Part shown: positions 19,140 to 28,938 of the stretch, piece by piece
How positions within the stretch are numbered: the first letter of the stretch is position 1
Layout of the letters: the number at the start of each line of letters is the position of its first letter
Assembly: GCA_965223855.1 (NCBI GenBank)
Contig: CBDCXM010000009.1
Span: 2,240,001-2,304,000, forward strand
DNA: 64,000 bases
DNA from: Candidatus Multivoradales bacterium
Lineage (GTDB): Bacteria; Acidobacteriota; Thermoanaerobaculia; Multivoradales; JAHEKO01
Direction: 5' to 3'
Program-made: the position numbers and the translations under genes
Notes under the pieces: model-generated
Databases searched by the model: none
What the model was told of the DNA's origin: nothing
What the model saw: only the letters and a program-made list of their open reading frames with translations

Positions 19140-20309
19140 TTGAAGATTCACGAGTATCAAGCGAAGGAAGTCCTGCGCCGTTTCGGCGTGCCGACGCCGC
19201 AGGGGAGGGTGACGGAGTCGCCCGCCGAGGCGCGCGCGATCTGCGAAGAGTTCGGCGGCCGATGCGTGGTCAAGGCGCAGATCCATGCAGGAGGGCGCGG
19301 CAAGGGGGGAGGCGTCAAGCTCGCCGACTCGCCGGAGCAGGCGGAGACGATCGCCGGTGAGATCCTCGGGATGCAGCTCGTGACGCCGCAGACCGGGCCG
19401 GAGGGTCAGAAGGTTCGCAAGGTGCTCGTCGAGGAGGCGCTCGACATCGCCTCGGAGTACTACCTCGCGGTGACGCTCGACCGTCAGGCGGGCAGGCCGA
19501 TCGTCATGGCCTCGGCCGCCGGCGGCATGAACATCGAGGAGGTGGCCGAGGAGAACCCGGACGCGATCGTGCGTGAGGAGTTCGACCCGCACCTCGGGCT
19601 GCAGCCGTTCCAGGCCCGCAACGTCGCGCGACGGCTCGGCCTGAGCGGCACGACCGCGCGTCAGGCTCAGAAGCTCGTCACGGCACTTACCCGCGCCTAC
19701 ATGGAGGTCGACGCCTCGCTCGCGGAGATCAACCCGATGCTGGTGACCGGTGCCGGCGACGTGGTCGCGCTCGACGCGAAGATGAACTTCGACTCGAACG
19801 CCCTCTTCCGGCACAAGGACATCCTCGAGATGCGCGATCTCGCGGAGGAGAACCCGCTCGAGGTCGAGGCGGGCAAGTCGGGGCTCAACTACATCAAGCT
19901 CGACGGCGACATCGGCTGCATGGTCAACGGTGCGGGTCTCGCGATGGCGACCATGGACATCATCAAGCTCTACGGCGGCGAGCCGGCGAACTTTCTCGAC
20001 GTCGGCGGCTCGGCCAGCAAGGAGGCGGTTTCGAACGCCTTCCGGCTGCTGGTCGGCGATCCGAACGTCAAGGCGGTGCTGATCAACATCTTCGGCGGGA
20101 TCGCCCGCACCGATCGCATCGCGGCCGGCGTCGTCGATGCGCTGGGGGAACTCGGCGAGGTCGAGATGCCGGTGGTCGTGAGGCTGGAAGGGACCAACGT
20201 CGAGCAGGGGCGTCAGATTCTCGAGGACGCCGACTTCGACTTCATCGTCGCCACCGAGATGGGCGACGCGGCACAGAAGGCGGTCGCCGCCGCCGGGGGG
20301 AACGTCTGA
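19140..20309 (+). CDS. sucC: Succinyl-CoA synthetase beta subunit
   Basis: [43 protein letters not shown]. Confidence 0.97.
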   Translation: MKIHEYQAKEVLRRFGVPTPQGRVTESPAEARAICEEFGGRCVVKAQIHAGGRGKGGGVKLADSPEQAETIAGEILGMQLVTPQTGPEGQKVRKVLVEEALDIASEYYLAVTLDRQAGRPIVMASAAGGMNIEEVAEENPDAIVREEFDPHLGLQPFQARNVARRLGLSGTTARQAQKLVTALTRAYMEVDASLAEINPMLVTGAGDVVALDAKMNFDSNALFRHKDILEMRDLAEENPLEVEAGKSGLNYIKLDGDIGCMVNGAGLAMATMDIIKLYGGEPANFLDVGGSASKEAVSNAFRLLVGDPNVKAVLINIFGGIARTDRIAAGVVDALGELGEVEMPVVVRLEGTNVEQGRQILEDADFDFIVATEMGDAAQKAVAAAGGNV

Positions 20310-21181
20310 TGGCGATCTGGGTAGACGAGAACACGAAGCTGCTCGTGCAGGGCATCACCGGCAAGGAGGGGGAGTTCCACGCCCTCGGCTGCCGGGAGTA
20401 CGGCACCTCGGTCGTCGCCGGAGTCACTCCCGGCAAGGGGGGGCAGGAGGTCGACGGCATTCCGGTCTTCGATTCGGTCGACGAGGCGCGCGCCGCGACC
20501 GGCTGCAACGCGACGATGATCTTCGTCCCGCCGCCGTTCGCCGCCGACGCGATCATGGAGGCGGCGGAAGCCGGGATCGAGCTGGTGGTGGCGATCACCG
20601 AGGGCATTCCGGTGGCCGACATGCTCACCGTCAAGGAGTTCCTCCAGGACCATCCGACGCGGCTCATCGGCCCGAACTGCCCCGGCGTCATCACGCCCGG
20701 GGTGGCGAAGATCGGCATCATGCCCGGGCACATCCACCGTCCCGGTCGGGTCGGCGTTATCTCGCGATCGGGGACGCTCACCTACGAGGCGGTGTGGCAG
20801 CTCACCAACCTCGAGCTCGGCCAGTCGACCTGCGTCGGCATCGGCGGCGATCCGATCAACGGCACGAGCTTCATCGACGCACTGTCGGCATTCGCCGAGG
20901 ACGATGCAACCGAGGCGGTGATCGTGATCGGTGAGATCGGCGGCAGCGCCGAGGAGGAAGCGGCCGCCTGGGTGGCCGACAACTACGACCGACCGGTCAT
21001 CGGCTTCATCGCCGGCCGCACGGCCCCGCCAGGCCGACGGATGGGGCATGCCGGCGCCATCGTCGCCGGCGGCAAGGGGACCGCGGCCGCCAAGATGGAA
21101 GCGATGCGCGACGCCGGGATCCACGTCGTCGAGTCGCCGGCCGATCTCGGCCGGACCGTCGCCGAGGCGCTCGGCGCCTGA
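20309..21181 (+). CDS. sucD: Succinyl-CoA synthetase alpha subunit
   Basis: [30 protein letters not shown] (phospho-His). Confidence 0.97.
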   Translation: MAIWVDENTKLLVQGITGKEGEFHALGCREYGTSVVAGVTPGKGGQEVDGIPVFDSVDEARAATGCNATMIFVPPPFAADAIMEAAEAGIELVVAITEGIPVADMLTVKEFLQDHPTRLIGPNCPGVITPGVAKIGIMPGHIHRPGRVGVISRSGTLTYEAVWQLTNLELGQSTCVGIGGDPINGTSFIDALSAFAEDDATEAVIVIGEIGGSAEEEAAAWVADNYDRPVIGFIAGRTAPPGRRMGHAGAIVAGGKGTAAAKMEAMRDAGIHVVESPADLGRTVAEALGA

Positions 21182-21199
21182 GCCCGGAGGCCCCTGCGG

Positions 21200-21961
21200 A
21201 TGAAACGTCTCGCCGGCGGCGGCTGGCTGGTGCTGGTGGGTGGAGGTGAATTCACCTTCGGCGAGACTGTGGACGCAGATCGCGCCTGGATGTCCAAGGT
21301 CGCCGACGGAACGATCGGCTTCCTGCCCACCGCCAGCGGCTCGACCGAGTACGGTGACTTCTTCGAGGGATACATCCGCGAGGGATTCGACCGACAGGTC
21401 GAAGTGGTGCCGATCTACCGCAATCGGGACGCCAGGCGCGGCCGCAACCTCGAGCGCATCGAAGCGACCGCGGCCCTCTACGTCGGCGGCGGGGTCGCCG
21501 ATCATCTGCTCGACACGCTGACCGACGAGCCGGCGATCGAGACGCTCGGTCGCTACCTCGGCCAGGGCAAGGTCGTCGTGGCGATCGCCGCAGCCGCACA
21601 GGCGTTCGGTGTGGCGACGCGCTCGATCTTCGGCGGCGAAACCATCCCCGGCTTCGGCTGGCTGCCGGGCGGTGTCGTCGAGACCAACTTCGATCCCGCC
21701 CACGACCGGCGTCTGCGGGAGCTGATGGGCGCGCCGGGCGTTCGCTGGGGGCTTGGCCTGCCCGCGGGCTCCGCCGTCCTTCTCGGGCCCGAGGGCACCG
21801 TGGAAACCGTCGGCCCGATCTTCACCCTCGACGGCCCCGACGCCGACTTCGAGATCATCGGCCTCGCCCCGACCGAAGGGGCCGAAGCCGAAGCAACGGA
21901 CGACAGTACCGATACACAACCACCGGCGCACGACGCCGCTCAGGAGAGATCCGACCCATGA
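21200..21961 (+). CDS. Peptidase S51/cyanophycinase-like (class I GATase-like) protein, catalytic residues apparently substituted
   Basis: LVLVGGGE, FLPTAS, LYVGGG and GFGWLP match the S51 fold; AIAAAA stands in place of GxSAGA and ETNF in place of D/PxHF. Confidence 0.65.
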   Translation: MKRLAGGGWLVLVGGGEFTFGETVDADRAWMSKVADGTIGFLPTASGSTEYGDFFEGYIREGFDRQVEVVPIYRNRDARRGRNLERIEATAALYVGGGVADHLLDTLTDEPAIETLGRYLGQGKVVVAIAAAAQAFGVATRSIFGGETIPGFGWLPGGVVETNFDPAHDRRLRELMGAPGVRWGLGLPAGSAVLLGPEGTVETVGPIFTLDGPDADFEIIGLAPTEGAEAEATDDSTDTQPPAHDAAQERSDP

Positions 21962-22377
21962 CCAGAACCCTGGCCATTCTCAAGCCCGATTCCGTTCGCG
22001 ACGGCCACACCGGCAGCATCCTCGCTCACCTCGAGCGTGAGGGCTTCCGCATCGTCGCGTTGCGCAAGATGAAGCTCACCGACGATCAGGCGCGCGCCTT
22101 CTACGAAGTGCACCGCGAGCGTCCGTTCTACGACAGCCTCGTCGAGTTCATGACGAGTGGTCCGATCGTCCCGATCGCGCTCGAGCGCGACGACGCGGTC
22201 CCGTATCTGCGTCAGGTGATGGGAGCGACGAACCCGGAAGAGGCGGACGAAGGGACGATCCGGAAGCTCTATGCCGCCTCGATCGAGTCGAACGCCATCC
22301 ACGGAAGCGATTCGCCCGAGAACGCACGCGAAGAGCTGCGCTTCTTCTTCTCGCGCGCGGACCTGATCGCTTCCTGA
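21958..22377 (+). CDS. ndk: Nucleoside diphosphate kinase
   Basis: TLAILKPD, FMTSGP, GATNP, NAIHGSDS. Confidence 0.97.
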   Translation: MTRTLAILKPDSVRDGHTGSILAHLEREGFRIVALRKMKLTDDQARAFYEVHRERPFYDSLVEFMTSGPIVPIALERDDAVPYLRQVMGATNPEEADEGTIRKLYAASIESNAIHGSDSPENAREELRFFFSRADLIAS

Positions 22378-22503
22378 CGGTCGGTCCCGCGCACCCATCC
22401 TGACGCCGGCAGCTCCATTGCCGGTGGCGGGAGCCGTCCGCCTGAGCCATCCCCGAGGATCGGGGAGTCGTAGTACCTTCGGCCCCAGGGAGGAAACAAG
22501 GCG

Positions 22504-23730
22504 ATGGCGAGGACGACAGCGGTCGAGTTCACCGGTGCGGCCGGACAGACGATCTCAGGGCGGCTCGAGCTTCCCGCGGGCACGGCCCGCAGCTGGGCGC
22601 TCTTCGCCCACTGCTTCACCTGCTCGAAGGACCTGAAGGCGGTCGTCCGGATTTCGCGCGCGCTGGCCGATCGCGGCATCGGCGTGCTGCGCTTCGACTT
22701 CACCGGGCTGGGCGAGAGCGAAGGCGACTTCACCGACACCGACTTCCGCTCCAACCTGGGCGACCTGGCGGCGGCCGCACGCTTCCTGGCCGAGCGCTAC
22801 GGCGAGGTGCAGCTCCTCATCGGTCACAGCCTCGGTGGTGCGGCCGCTCTCGCCGGCGCGGCCGACATCGACTCGGTGCGCGCCGTCGTGACGATCGGCG
22901 CGCCGAGCGATACCCGGCACTTGCAGGAGCAGATCCTCGCCTCGGAGCCACAGCTCGAGCGGGTCGAGTCGGCCGAGGTCGAACTCGGCGGTCGTCCGGT
23001 CGCTATCGGCCGGAGGCTGGTGGAGGATCTGGGCCGTCAGGACCTGTCGGCCGCGATCGCCGGGCTCGGTCGGGCGCTGCTGATCCTTCACTCGCCCGTC
23101 GACGAGACGGTGTCGATCGACCATGCGGCCCGGATCTACAAGGCGGCGCGCCACCCGAAGAGTTTCGTGTCGCTCGACGGCGCCGATCATCTGCTGCTCG
23201 CCCGCGACGAAGACTCACGTTTCGTCGCCGAGGTCGTGGCGGCCTGGGCCGGCCGATACCTCGAGATGGGAGCTCCGGAGGATCGCGACCTCGCTCCCGG
23301 TGAGGTGCTCGTTTCGAGCCGCGGCGATCGATTCACCCACGACGCCCGCTCGGACCGTCACCACTGGATCGCGGACGAGCCGGAGTCGGTCGGCGGCGAC
23401 GACCTCGGACCCTCTCCCTACGAACTGCTCGTCTCGGCGATCGCCGCCTGCAAGGCGATGACGATGCGGATGTACGCGCGTCGCAAGGGTTGGGAGCTCG
23501 GTGAGGTCGAAGTGCGCGCGCGCCATGATCGTCGGCACGAGCGGGATTGCGAGAACTGCGCCGACGGTTCGGCGAAGGTCGATCATGTCGAGGTTCGACT
23601 CGACGTCGCCGGGGAGCTCGATCGCGAACAGCGCGCTCGCCTCGCCGAGATCGCCGACCGCTGCCCGGTCCACAAGACGCTCGAAGGGCCGATTCGCATC
23701 GAGACCGAGCTCGACGATCGAGTCAGCTGA
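22504..23730 (+). CDS. Bifunctional alpha/beta hydrolase - OsmC family protein
   Basis: FAHCFTCSKD, GHSLGG, HPKSFVSLDGADH; C-terminal DEP..GG.DLGPSPYELL and RCPVHKTL. Confidence 0.92.
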   Translation: MARTTAVEFTGAAGQTISGRLELPAGTARSWALFAHCFTCSKDLKAVVRISRALADRGIGVLRFDFTGLGESEGDFTDTDFRSNLGDLAAAARFLAERYGEVQLLIGHSLGGAAALAGAADIDSVRAVVTIGAPSDTRHLQEQILASEPQLERVESAEVELGGRPVAIGRRLVEDLGRQDLSAAIAGLGRALLILHSPVDETVSIDHAARIYKAARHPKSFVSLDGADHLLLARDEDSRFVAEVVAAWAGRYLEMGAPEDRDLAPGEVLVSSRGDRFTHDARSDRHHWIADEPESVGGDDLGPSPYELLVSAIAACKAMTMRMYARRKGWELGEVEVRARHDRRHERDCENCADGSAKVDHVEVRLDVAGELDREQRARLAEIADRCPVHKTLEGPIRIETELDDRVS

Positions 23731-23911
23731 ACCCCGGCTTCACCGACGAGGGAGCGAGCGCTCCACGTCGAGGCTGGTTCGCCGGAGCGCTCGAAGAGTG
23801 TCCTCGACGGAGGACGCTGGAGAGGTCCTACAAGCCGACGAGCCTGCTGTTCAGGGCACTCTCGAACCGGCATGGATTGTGAAGCTCCAGCCGGGCAAGG
23901 AGGTAGCAGCC

Positions 23912-24625
23912 ATGAAACGACCCGTCCTCGTCCTAGCCCTCGCCACCCTCGCCATCACCGTCGGCGGCGCGTTCGAGCCCGCCGAGGCGGGGCGATTGCG
24001 ATGGCACGCCGGCGCCGACTTCCGAGTCGGTGGGTTCGACTTCTCGATCGGTTTCAGCGGGCCCCAGCACTACGGGATCGACTACCGTCCCGACTTCTAC
24101 TACCGGACCCGGGCGCCACTGCGCTACGCCGGCTACCAGTGCAGCTCGGCGTGCTACATGCGGGATTCGTGGAGCTACCACCACCGCTCCTGCCCCGTGG
24201 TAGGTCACCACTTCGCCCTCGGCGGATTCGACCCGTACCCCGCCTGGCACCACGTCCAGTACGCCTGGTTCGGCGGCTATCCGGCACCCTGGTACTACAC
24301 CTACCGGGACCACGACTACCGCCGTTACGGGTATCGCGACTACGGGTACCACGGGCGTCGCCACTACGGCCACAAGTACAGGGGACACGGACACGGATAC
24401 GGCCACTACAAGGGCCGCGGACGTGGTCACTACAAGGGGCATCGCTCCGATGACCGGTACGACCGGCGCTACGACCGGCGTGACCACCGACGAGACGACC
24501 GTCGCTACGAGCGCCGCGACCCGCGGGACCTGCGTCGCTACGATCGGGACAAGGCCTATCCGCGTCACAGGGACGATCGCGACCGCGACGATCGCCGTCG
24601 CCGCGGCCGGCGCGACGACGACTGA
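23912..24625 (+). CDS. Secreted hypothetical protein, Tyr/His/Gly-rich middle and Arg/Asp-rich tail
   Basis: SD AGGAGG, signal peptide ending AEA, GC3-biased codons, terminator downstream. Confidence 0.75.
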   Translation: MKRPVLVLALATLAITVGGAFEPAEAGRLRWHAGADFRVGGFDFSIGFSGPQHYGIDYRPDFYYRTRAPLRYAGYQCSSACYMRDSWSYHHRSCPVVGHHFALGGFDPYPAWHHVQYAWFGGYPAPWYYTYRDHDYRRYGYRDYGYHGRRHYGHKYRGHGHGYGHYKGRGRGHYKGHRSDDRYDRRYDRRDHRRDDRRYERRDPRDLRRYDRDKAYPRHRDDRDRDDRRRRGRRDDD

Positions 24626-24671
24626 GCGCCGCCCCTTCCGCCCGAAGATTCAGCGCCCTGCGACCCAACCT

Positions 24672-24699
24672 CGCCCGGCCGGCTCCCGGCCGGGCGTTT
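24672..24699 (+). terminator. Intrinsic terminator-like hairpin
   Basis: CGCCCGGCCGG-CTC-CCGGCCGGGCG-TTT between convergent genes. Confidence 0.55.
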
Positions 24700-24745
24700 C
24701 CCTGCCCGCCCGGCCTGCGAGATCAGGAGCCGCTCAGAAGGTCGC

Positions 24746-25543
24746 TCAGAGGGCCGGCTCGGTTCTGGCGAGTTCCCAGGCCGACGCCTCCAGGACGCCG
24801 CGAGGGTGGCCGACGTCGAACAGCGGCCCGGGGAGCGGGGCGGCGACGAGGCGGCCTTCGAGAGCGAGCTGCTGGACAGCCGGTACTTCCGAGGACTCGC
24901 CCGCCGTGCCTTTCCCGAGTCTGCCCTCCAGCAGTTCAAAAAAGCCCGGCTGGAAGACGTAGCGCCCGCACGCCCGCCAGTGCGTCCCGTCGGTGAGTTC
25001 CAGTCTGCCGGTTCCCTTTCCTGCCAGACGTCGAACCCTCAGCAGGGCCCCCTCGGGCTCGACTTCGAGCAGCCCCGAGTTGCCGTAGCGTCCGCTGTCG
25101 GCGGCCGTCACCTCGAGCGCTCCGACGACATGGTCGCCGGTGGCCGAGGCTGCCGTGCAGAGGTGAGCGGTCGTCGCCGGCTGCCCGGGGAAGAGGTTGT
25201 CGGGGAGGAGCACCGCCCACGGGCGGGCACCGACCCAGTCGCGCGCCAGCATGAGCGCATGCCCGAGCCCCTCGGCCACCGGCTGCTCCAGATAGACGAC
25301 CTCGACCCCCTCCAACTCGCCGCGCGTCCGGAGGTCGTCGAGCGCCCGGCGCACCAGCCCCTTGTGCGGGCCGACGATGACCCCCAGATTCCGGATACCG
25401 GCCTCGACCGCCTCGGCGACGATCCACTCCAGCGCCGGGCGGCTGCCGATCGGCACCAGCTCCTTGGGCACGAGAGTGGAGAAGGGCTTCATGCGGGTGC
25501 CGTGACCGGCGGCCGGGATGACGGCGTGTCGGATTCGAGTCAT
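24746..25543 (-). CDS. galU: GalU-like UTP--sugar-1-phosphate uridylyltransferase
   Basis: AVIPAAGHGTRM...PKEL, EQPVAEGLGHA, LLPD, GRYVF; corresponds to the last 265 aa of the spurious 1298-aa ORF. Confidence 0.75.
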   Translation of the reverse strand: MTRIRHAVIPAAGHGTRMKPFSTLVPKELVPIGSRPALEWIVAEAVEAGIRNLGVIVGPHKGLVRRALDDLRTRGELEGVEVVYLEQPVAEGLGHALMLARDWVGARPWAVLLPDNLFPGQPATTAHLCTAASATGDHVVGALEVTAADSGRYGNSGLLEVEPEGALLRVRRLAGKGTGRLELTDGTHWRACGRYVFQPGFFELLEGRLGKGTAGESSEVPAVQQLALEGRLVAAPLPGPLFDVGHPRGVLEASAWELARTEPAL

Positions 25544-25590
25544 GGGTCTGGCTCCACTCGTCAGGACTCTACTCTCCAGGACCCTGCTCT

Positions 25591-26781
25591 TCAGAACGGG
25601 GCGGCTACGGCGACGGCCCCGTCGGCCGCCCGGCAGGTGAACCAGTGGGGACGGCGACCGAACCGTTCCTCGAAGGCGTCGCACGTCGCGAGGGCGACGG
25701 CATCGGCCCGACCGGTCTGCACGAGTGCACACACACAACCCCCGAAGCCCCCGCCCGACAGTCGCGCACCGTCGCAGCCCTGCGCCCCGTTGAGGCTCGC
25801 CGCGAGAAGATCGAGCTCGGCGATCGAGACTTCGTAGAGGTCTCTGGAGCTGGCGTGGGAAGCGGCCAGGAGCGGGCCGATCTCGGGGGTGCGGCCTTCC
25901 TCGAGCAGCTCCCAGGCCCGGCGGACCCGCTCGCACTCTTCGACGACGTGCCTGGCACGGCGGTACTCCACCGGGGATAGAAGCTCGGCGTGTCGTTCGA
26001 GATCGGGCATCGTGAGGTCGCGCAGCGTCGCGAGCGGCAGCCCCAGTCGCCGCAGGGAGTCCAGAGCGGATTCCGCCTCGCTGCGACGGTCGTTGAAGCC
26101 GCTCGCCCCGAGGCGGCGCCGGACGCCGCTGTCGACGACGAGGAACGAACGATCGGGAGCGATCGGCAGATGCCGATAGTCCAGGTCGCGGCAGTCGAGC
26201 GCCAGGAGTTGCGACTCGCGTCCGACGAGGCAGGCGAGTTGGTCCATGATCCCGGAGCCGACTCCGAGATAGTGGTTCTCGGCGTGCCGGCCGAGCGCCG
26301 CGAGCTCGGTGTCGGCAAGCGACCAGCCGGCGACCGCGGCCCAGATCCGCAGCAGACCGACCTCCACCGCCGCGGAGGAGCTCACGCCGGCACCGCGTGG
26401 GAGATCGCCGCCGAAGGCGACGTCCAGCCCCGGCAGTTCGAGCCCGCGGTCGAGGCAGGCGGCGGCGACGCCGGCCGGCAGGTCGGACCAGTGAGAGGGA
26501 CGCCCGTCGGCGACCGGCGGTGGCGGGAGAGCGTCGAGCTCGAACTCGGCCACCTCGTCGCCATAGTCGAGGGCGAGCAGTCGAAGACGGCGATCCGGGC
26601 GTGTAGCTGCAGCGAAGTCGAGTCCGCGGTCGATCGCCGCCGGAAGCACCAGACCCTCGTGGTAGTCGACATGAGCGCCGAGCAGGTTGATCCTCCCCGG
26701 TGCGTGAGCGAGCCAGCCGGGCTCTCGCTCGAAACGCCGGCGGAAACGGGCTGCGGCCGGACTCGCTCCGTCGGGCTCCAT
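25591..26781 (-). CDS. galK: Galactokinase
   Basis: APGRINLLGAHVDY, P.GAGVSSSAA, GIMDQ, SSRDLYEVS, GARLSGGGFGG. Confidence 0.9.
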   Translation of the reverse strand: MEPDGASPAAARFRRRFEREPGWLAHAPGRINLLGAHVDYHEGLVLPAAIDRGLDFAAATRPDRRLRLLALDYGDEVAEFELDALPPPPVADGRPSHWSDLPAGVAAACLDRGLELPGLDVAFGGDLPRGAGVSSSAAVEVGLLRIWAAVAGWSLADTELAALGRHAENHYLGVGSGIMDQLACLVGRESQLLALDCRDLDYRHLPIAPDRSFLVVDSGVRRRLGASGFNDRRSEAESALDSLRRLGLPLATLRDLTMPDLERHAELLSPVEYRRARHVVEECERVRRAWELLEEGRTPEIGPLLAASHASSRDLYEVSIAELDLLAASLNGAQGCDGARLSGGGFGGCVCALVQTGRADAVALATCDAFEERFGRRPHWFTCRAADGAVAVAAPF

Positions 26782-26806
26782 CGCGGAGGTATTGTAGGCG
26801 TCCTTC

Positions 26807-28924
26807 ATGGCACGCGAACGCTTCGAGCTGGATCGCGACTGGAGGTTTCGCCTCGGCAAACCCCGTCGCGGCGAGACCTCTCGTGACTGGGAGCAGGTGG
26901 CTCTGCCGCATTGCTGGAACGCCCAGGACACCTTCCAGCGGGGGCTGCGCTACTACCGCGGGCCTGGCGTCTACGAGCGCGAGTTCGAGCTGCCGGCGGA
27001 ACTGGAGGAGGAGCGGCCCGGCGGCTGGTGGCTGGTGGTGGGGGGCTTCTACGGCCGCGCGACGGTCGAGCTCGACGGCCGCCGGCTGGGACGCTTCGAG
27101 GGGCAGTACCTCGGCTTCGACTGCCCGCTTCCCGGAATCACGTCGGGCCGGACGCACCGGCTGCGGATCGAGGCGACCAACCGCTGTCCCGACTGGATGC
27201 CTCCAGGCACCTCGGCGCCCGATTTCCTGCTCTTCGGAGGTCTGTCGGGGCGGGTGCGTCTCGAGCGAAGGTCGCCTTGCCACCTCGACCCGGGGAGGCT
27301 CAGGCTGGTGCCGCACGATCTGCTCGCATCGCCCGAGTTGGAGCTCTCCTTCGGAGTCACGGGCCGCATCGGTCCGGAGCTCGCGACCGTCCGTTGGAGC
27401 CTCTACGACCCGGAAGGAGCGAGCGTCGCCGAGGGGCTCGCGCCGATCGGCGGCGACGGAACAGCGAGCGCCGATTGCGAGCTCGAGGCGGCCTGCCTCT
27501 GGTCTCCGGAGACACCGCGTCTCTACGAGCTCCACTGTGGACTCGAGATCGGCGGCGCGATCGTCGACTCCTCGGCGACCCGTCTCGGCCTGCGCGAGGC
27601 TCGCTTCGACGCCGACGGCTTCGAACTCAACGGAGAGCGGCGCCGGTTGCGCGGTTTCAACCGTCACGAGTGTCTGCCGGGGTTGGGCAACGCGCTGCCG
27701 CGCTGGATGCACCGTCAGGATGCCCACGACCTCAAGCGGCTCGGTGCGGACTTCGTCCGCCTGTCTCACTACCCTCAGCAGCCCGACTTCCTCGACGCGT
27801 GCGACGAGCTCGGGCTGATCGTCTACGCGGAACTCGCTTCCTGGAAGAGCGTTCGGGCAGGGCGCTGGCTCCGTGCCGCCCTTCGCCAGATGGAGGCGAT
27901 GATCCGACGCGATCGGCATCGACCTTCGATCGTCCTCTGGGGGATGGGGAACGAGTCGCAGCACCGGCGTGCCTACGTCGCCCTCGATCGGCTGATCCAG
28001 CGGCTCGATCCGACCCGCCCCTCGACCTACGCCGAGAATCACCTCTACCGCGCACGGCGTGCCCGCACGCTCGGCATCCCGGGGGTCTGGGGCCTCAACT
28101 ACGAGGTCGAGGTGCTCGACGAGGTGCGTCACCAATGCCGCACCGGCGCGGTCGTCGTGGCAGAGGCGTGCAACGAGCAGGCGGTGCGGGGCGAGGTCGA
28201 GGAGGAACGTGCGCAGATTGCCGCGATCGAGGCCTTCTGGGAGGCGATCGACGGGAAGCCGTACGTCGCCGGCCATACGCTGTGGGCCTTCAACGACTAC
28301 CCGACGATGTTCCGTGACCGCTTCATCCGCCGCACCGGCAAGGTCGATGCCTGGAGGCTTCCGAAGCTCGCGGCGCACCGCTTCCGCGCGCGCTACGCGG
28401 CGGAGCCGTTCATCGAGCTGGTGGGTGCGTGGGAAGAGGGCGGCGGAGTCGTCGAGGTCGACTGCTTCACCAACTGCTCCGTCCTCGAACTGCGAGTCGG
28501 GGGGAGGGAACTGACCGGGGTCGAGCAGGGGGTGGAGTATCAGCTTCTGAGAATCCCGTTCGCTCACGCGCCGCTCGAAGCGACGGGACGACGGGAGGGC
28601 ACCGTGGTCGAGGCGGCGCTGCGGCCTCGCGGCAGGGCCCACCGCTTGGCGATCGAGCAGGACGAGGCCTCCGCCGCCAGCGACTGGCGCGGCCTGCAGT
28701 TGCGCGTGCTCGACGAGGCGGGTTTCCCGGTGACCTCCTGGTCTGGCGAGGCGCGCCTGGCGTTGCGCGGTCGAGCCCGCTCCGGCGCCTTCACGGCGGA
28801 CGGGCGGGTGGTCGTCGCCCGCGGTATCGGCCGCACCTTCGTCCGCCTGGACGGCGAGGGCGTCGCCGTCGAAGCGAGTGCCGACGGGCTCGAAGCCGCC
28901 GCAGTCAGACTGCGGCCCTTGTGA
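26807..28924 (+). CDS. Glycoside hydrolase family 2 (beta-galactosidase-like)
   Basis: LPHCWN, GFNRHE, RLSHYPQ, DELGL, HRPSIVLWGMGNE (acid/base Glu), W.F.DY. Confidence 0.88.
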   Translation: MARERFELDRDWRFRLGKPRRGETSRDWEQVALPHCWNAQDTFQRGLRYYRGPGVYEREFELPAELEEERPGGWWLVVGGFYGRATVELDGRRLGRFEGQYLGFDCPLPGITSGRTHRLRIEATNRCPDWMPPGTSAPDFLLFGGLSGRVRLERRSPCHLDPGRLRLVPHDLLASPELELSFGVTGRIGPELATVRWSLYDPEGASVAEGLAPIGGDGTASADCELEAACLWSPETPRLYELHCGLEIGGAIVDSSATRLGLREARFDADGFELNGERRRLRGFNRHECLPGLGNALPRWMHRQDAHDLKRLGADFVRLSHYPQQPDFLDACDELGLIVYAELASWKSVRAGRWLRAALRQMEAMIRRDRHRPSIVLWGMGNESQHRRAYVALDRLIQRLDPTRPSTYAENHLYRARRARTLGIPGVWGLNYEVEVLDEVRHQCRTGAVVVAEACNEQAVRGEVEEERAQIAAIEAFWEAIDGKPYVAGHTLWAFNDYPTMFRDRFIRRTGKVDAWRLPKLAAHRFRARYAAEPFIELVGAWEEGGGVVEVDCFTNCSVLELRVGGRELTGVEQGVEYQLLRIPFAHAPLEATGRREGTVVEAALRPRGRAHRLAIEQDEASAASDWRGLQLRVLDEAGFPVTSWSGEARLALRGRARSGAFTADGRVVVARGIGRTFVRLDGEGVAVEASADGLEAAAVRLRPL

Positions 28925-28938
28925 TCTACTCTGGCGCC

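Noticed and set aside
25562-25597. ~2.4 copies of a 15-bp tandem repeat between galK and galU
   Set aside because: Short and degenerate; likely slippage duplication around the galK stop.
24746-28642. 1298-aa minus-strand ORF
   Set aside because: Only the last ~265 aa (GalU-like) are protein-like; the rest is an off-frame or antisense shadow of galK and GH2 in high-GC DNA.
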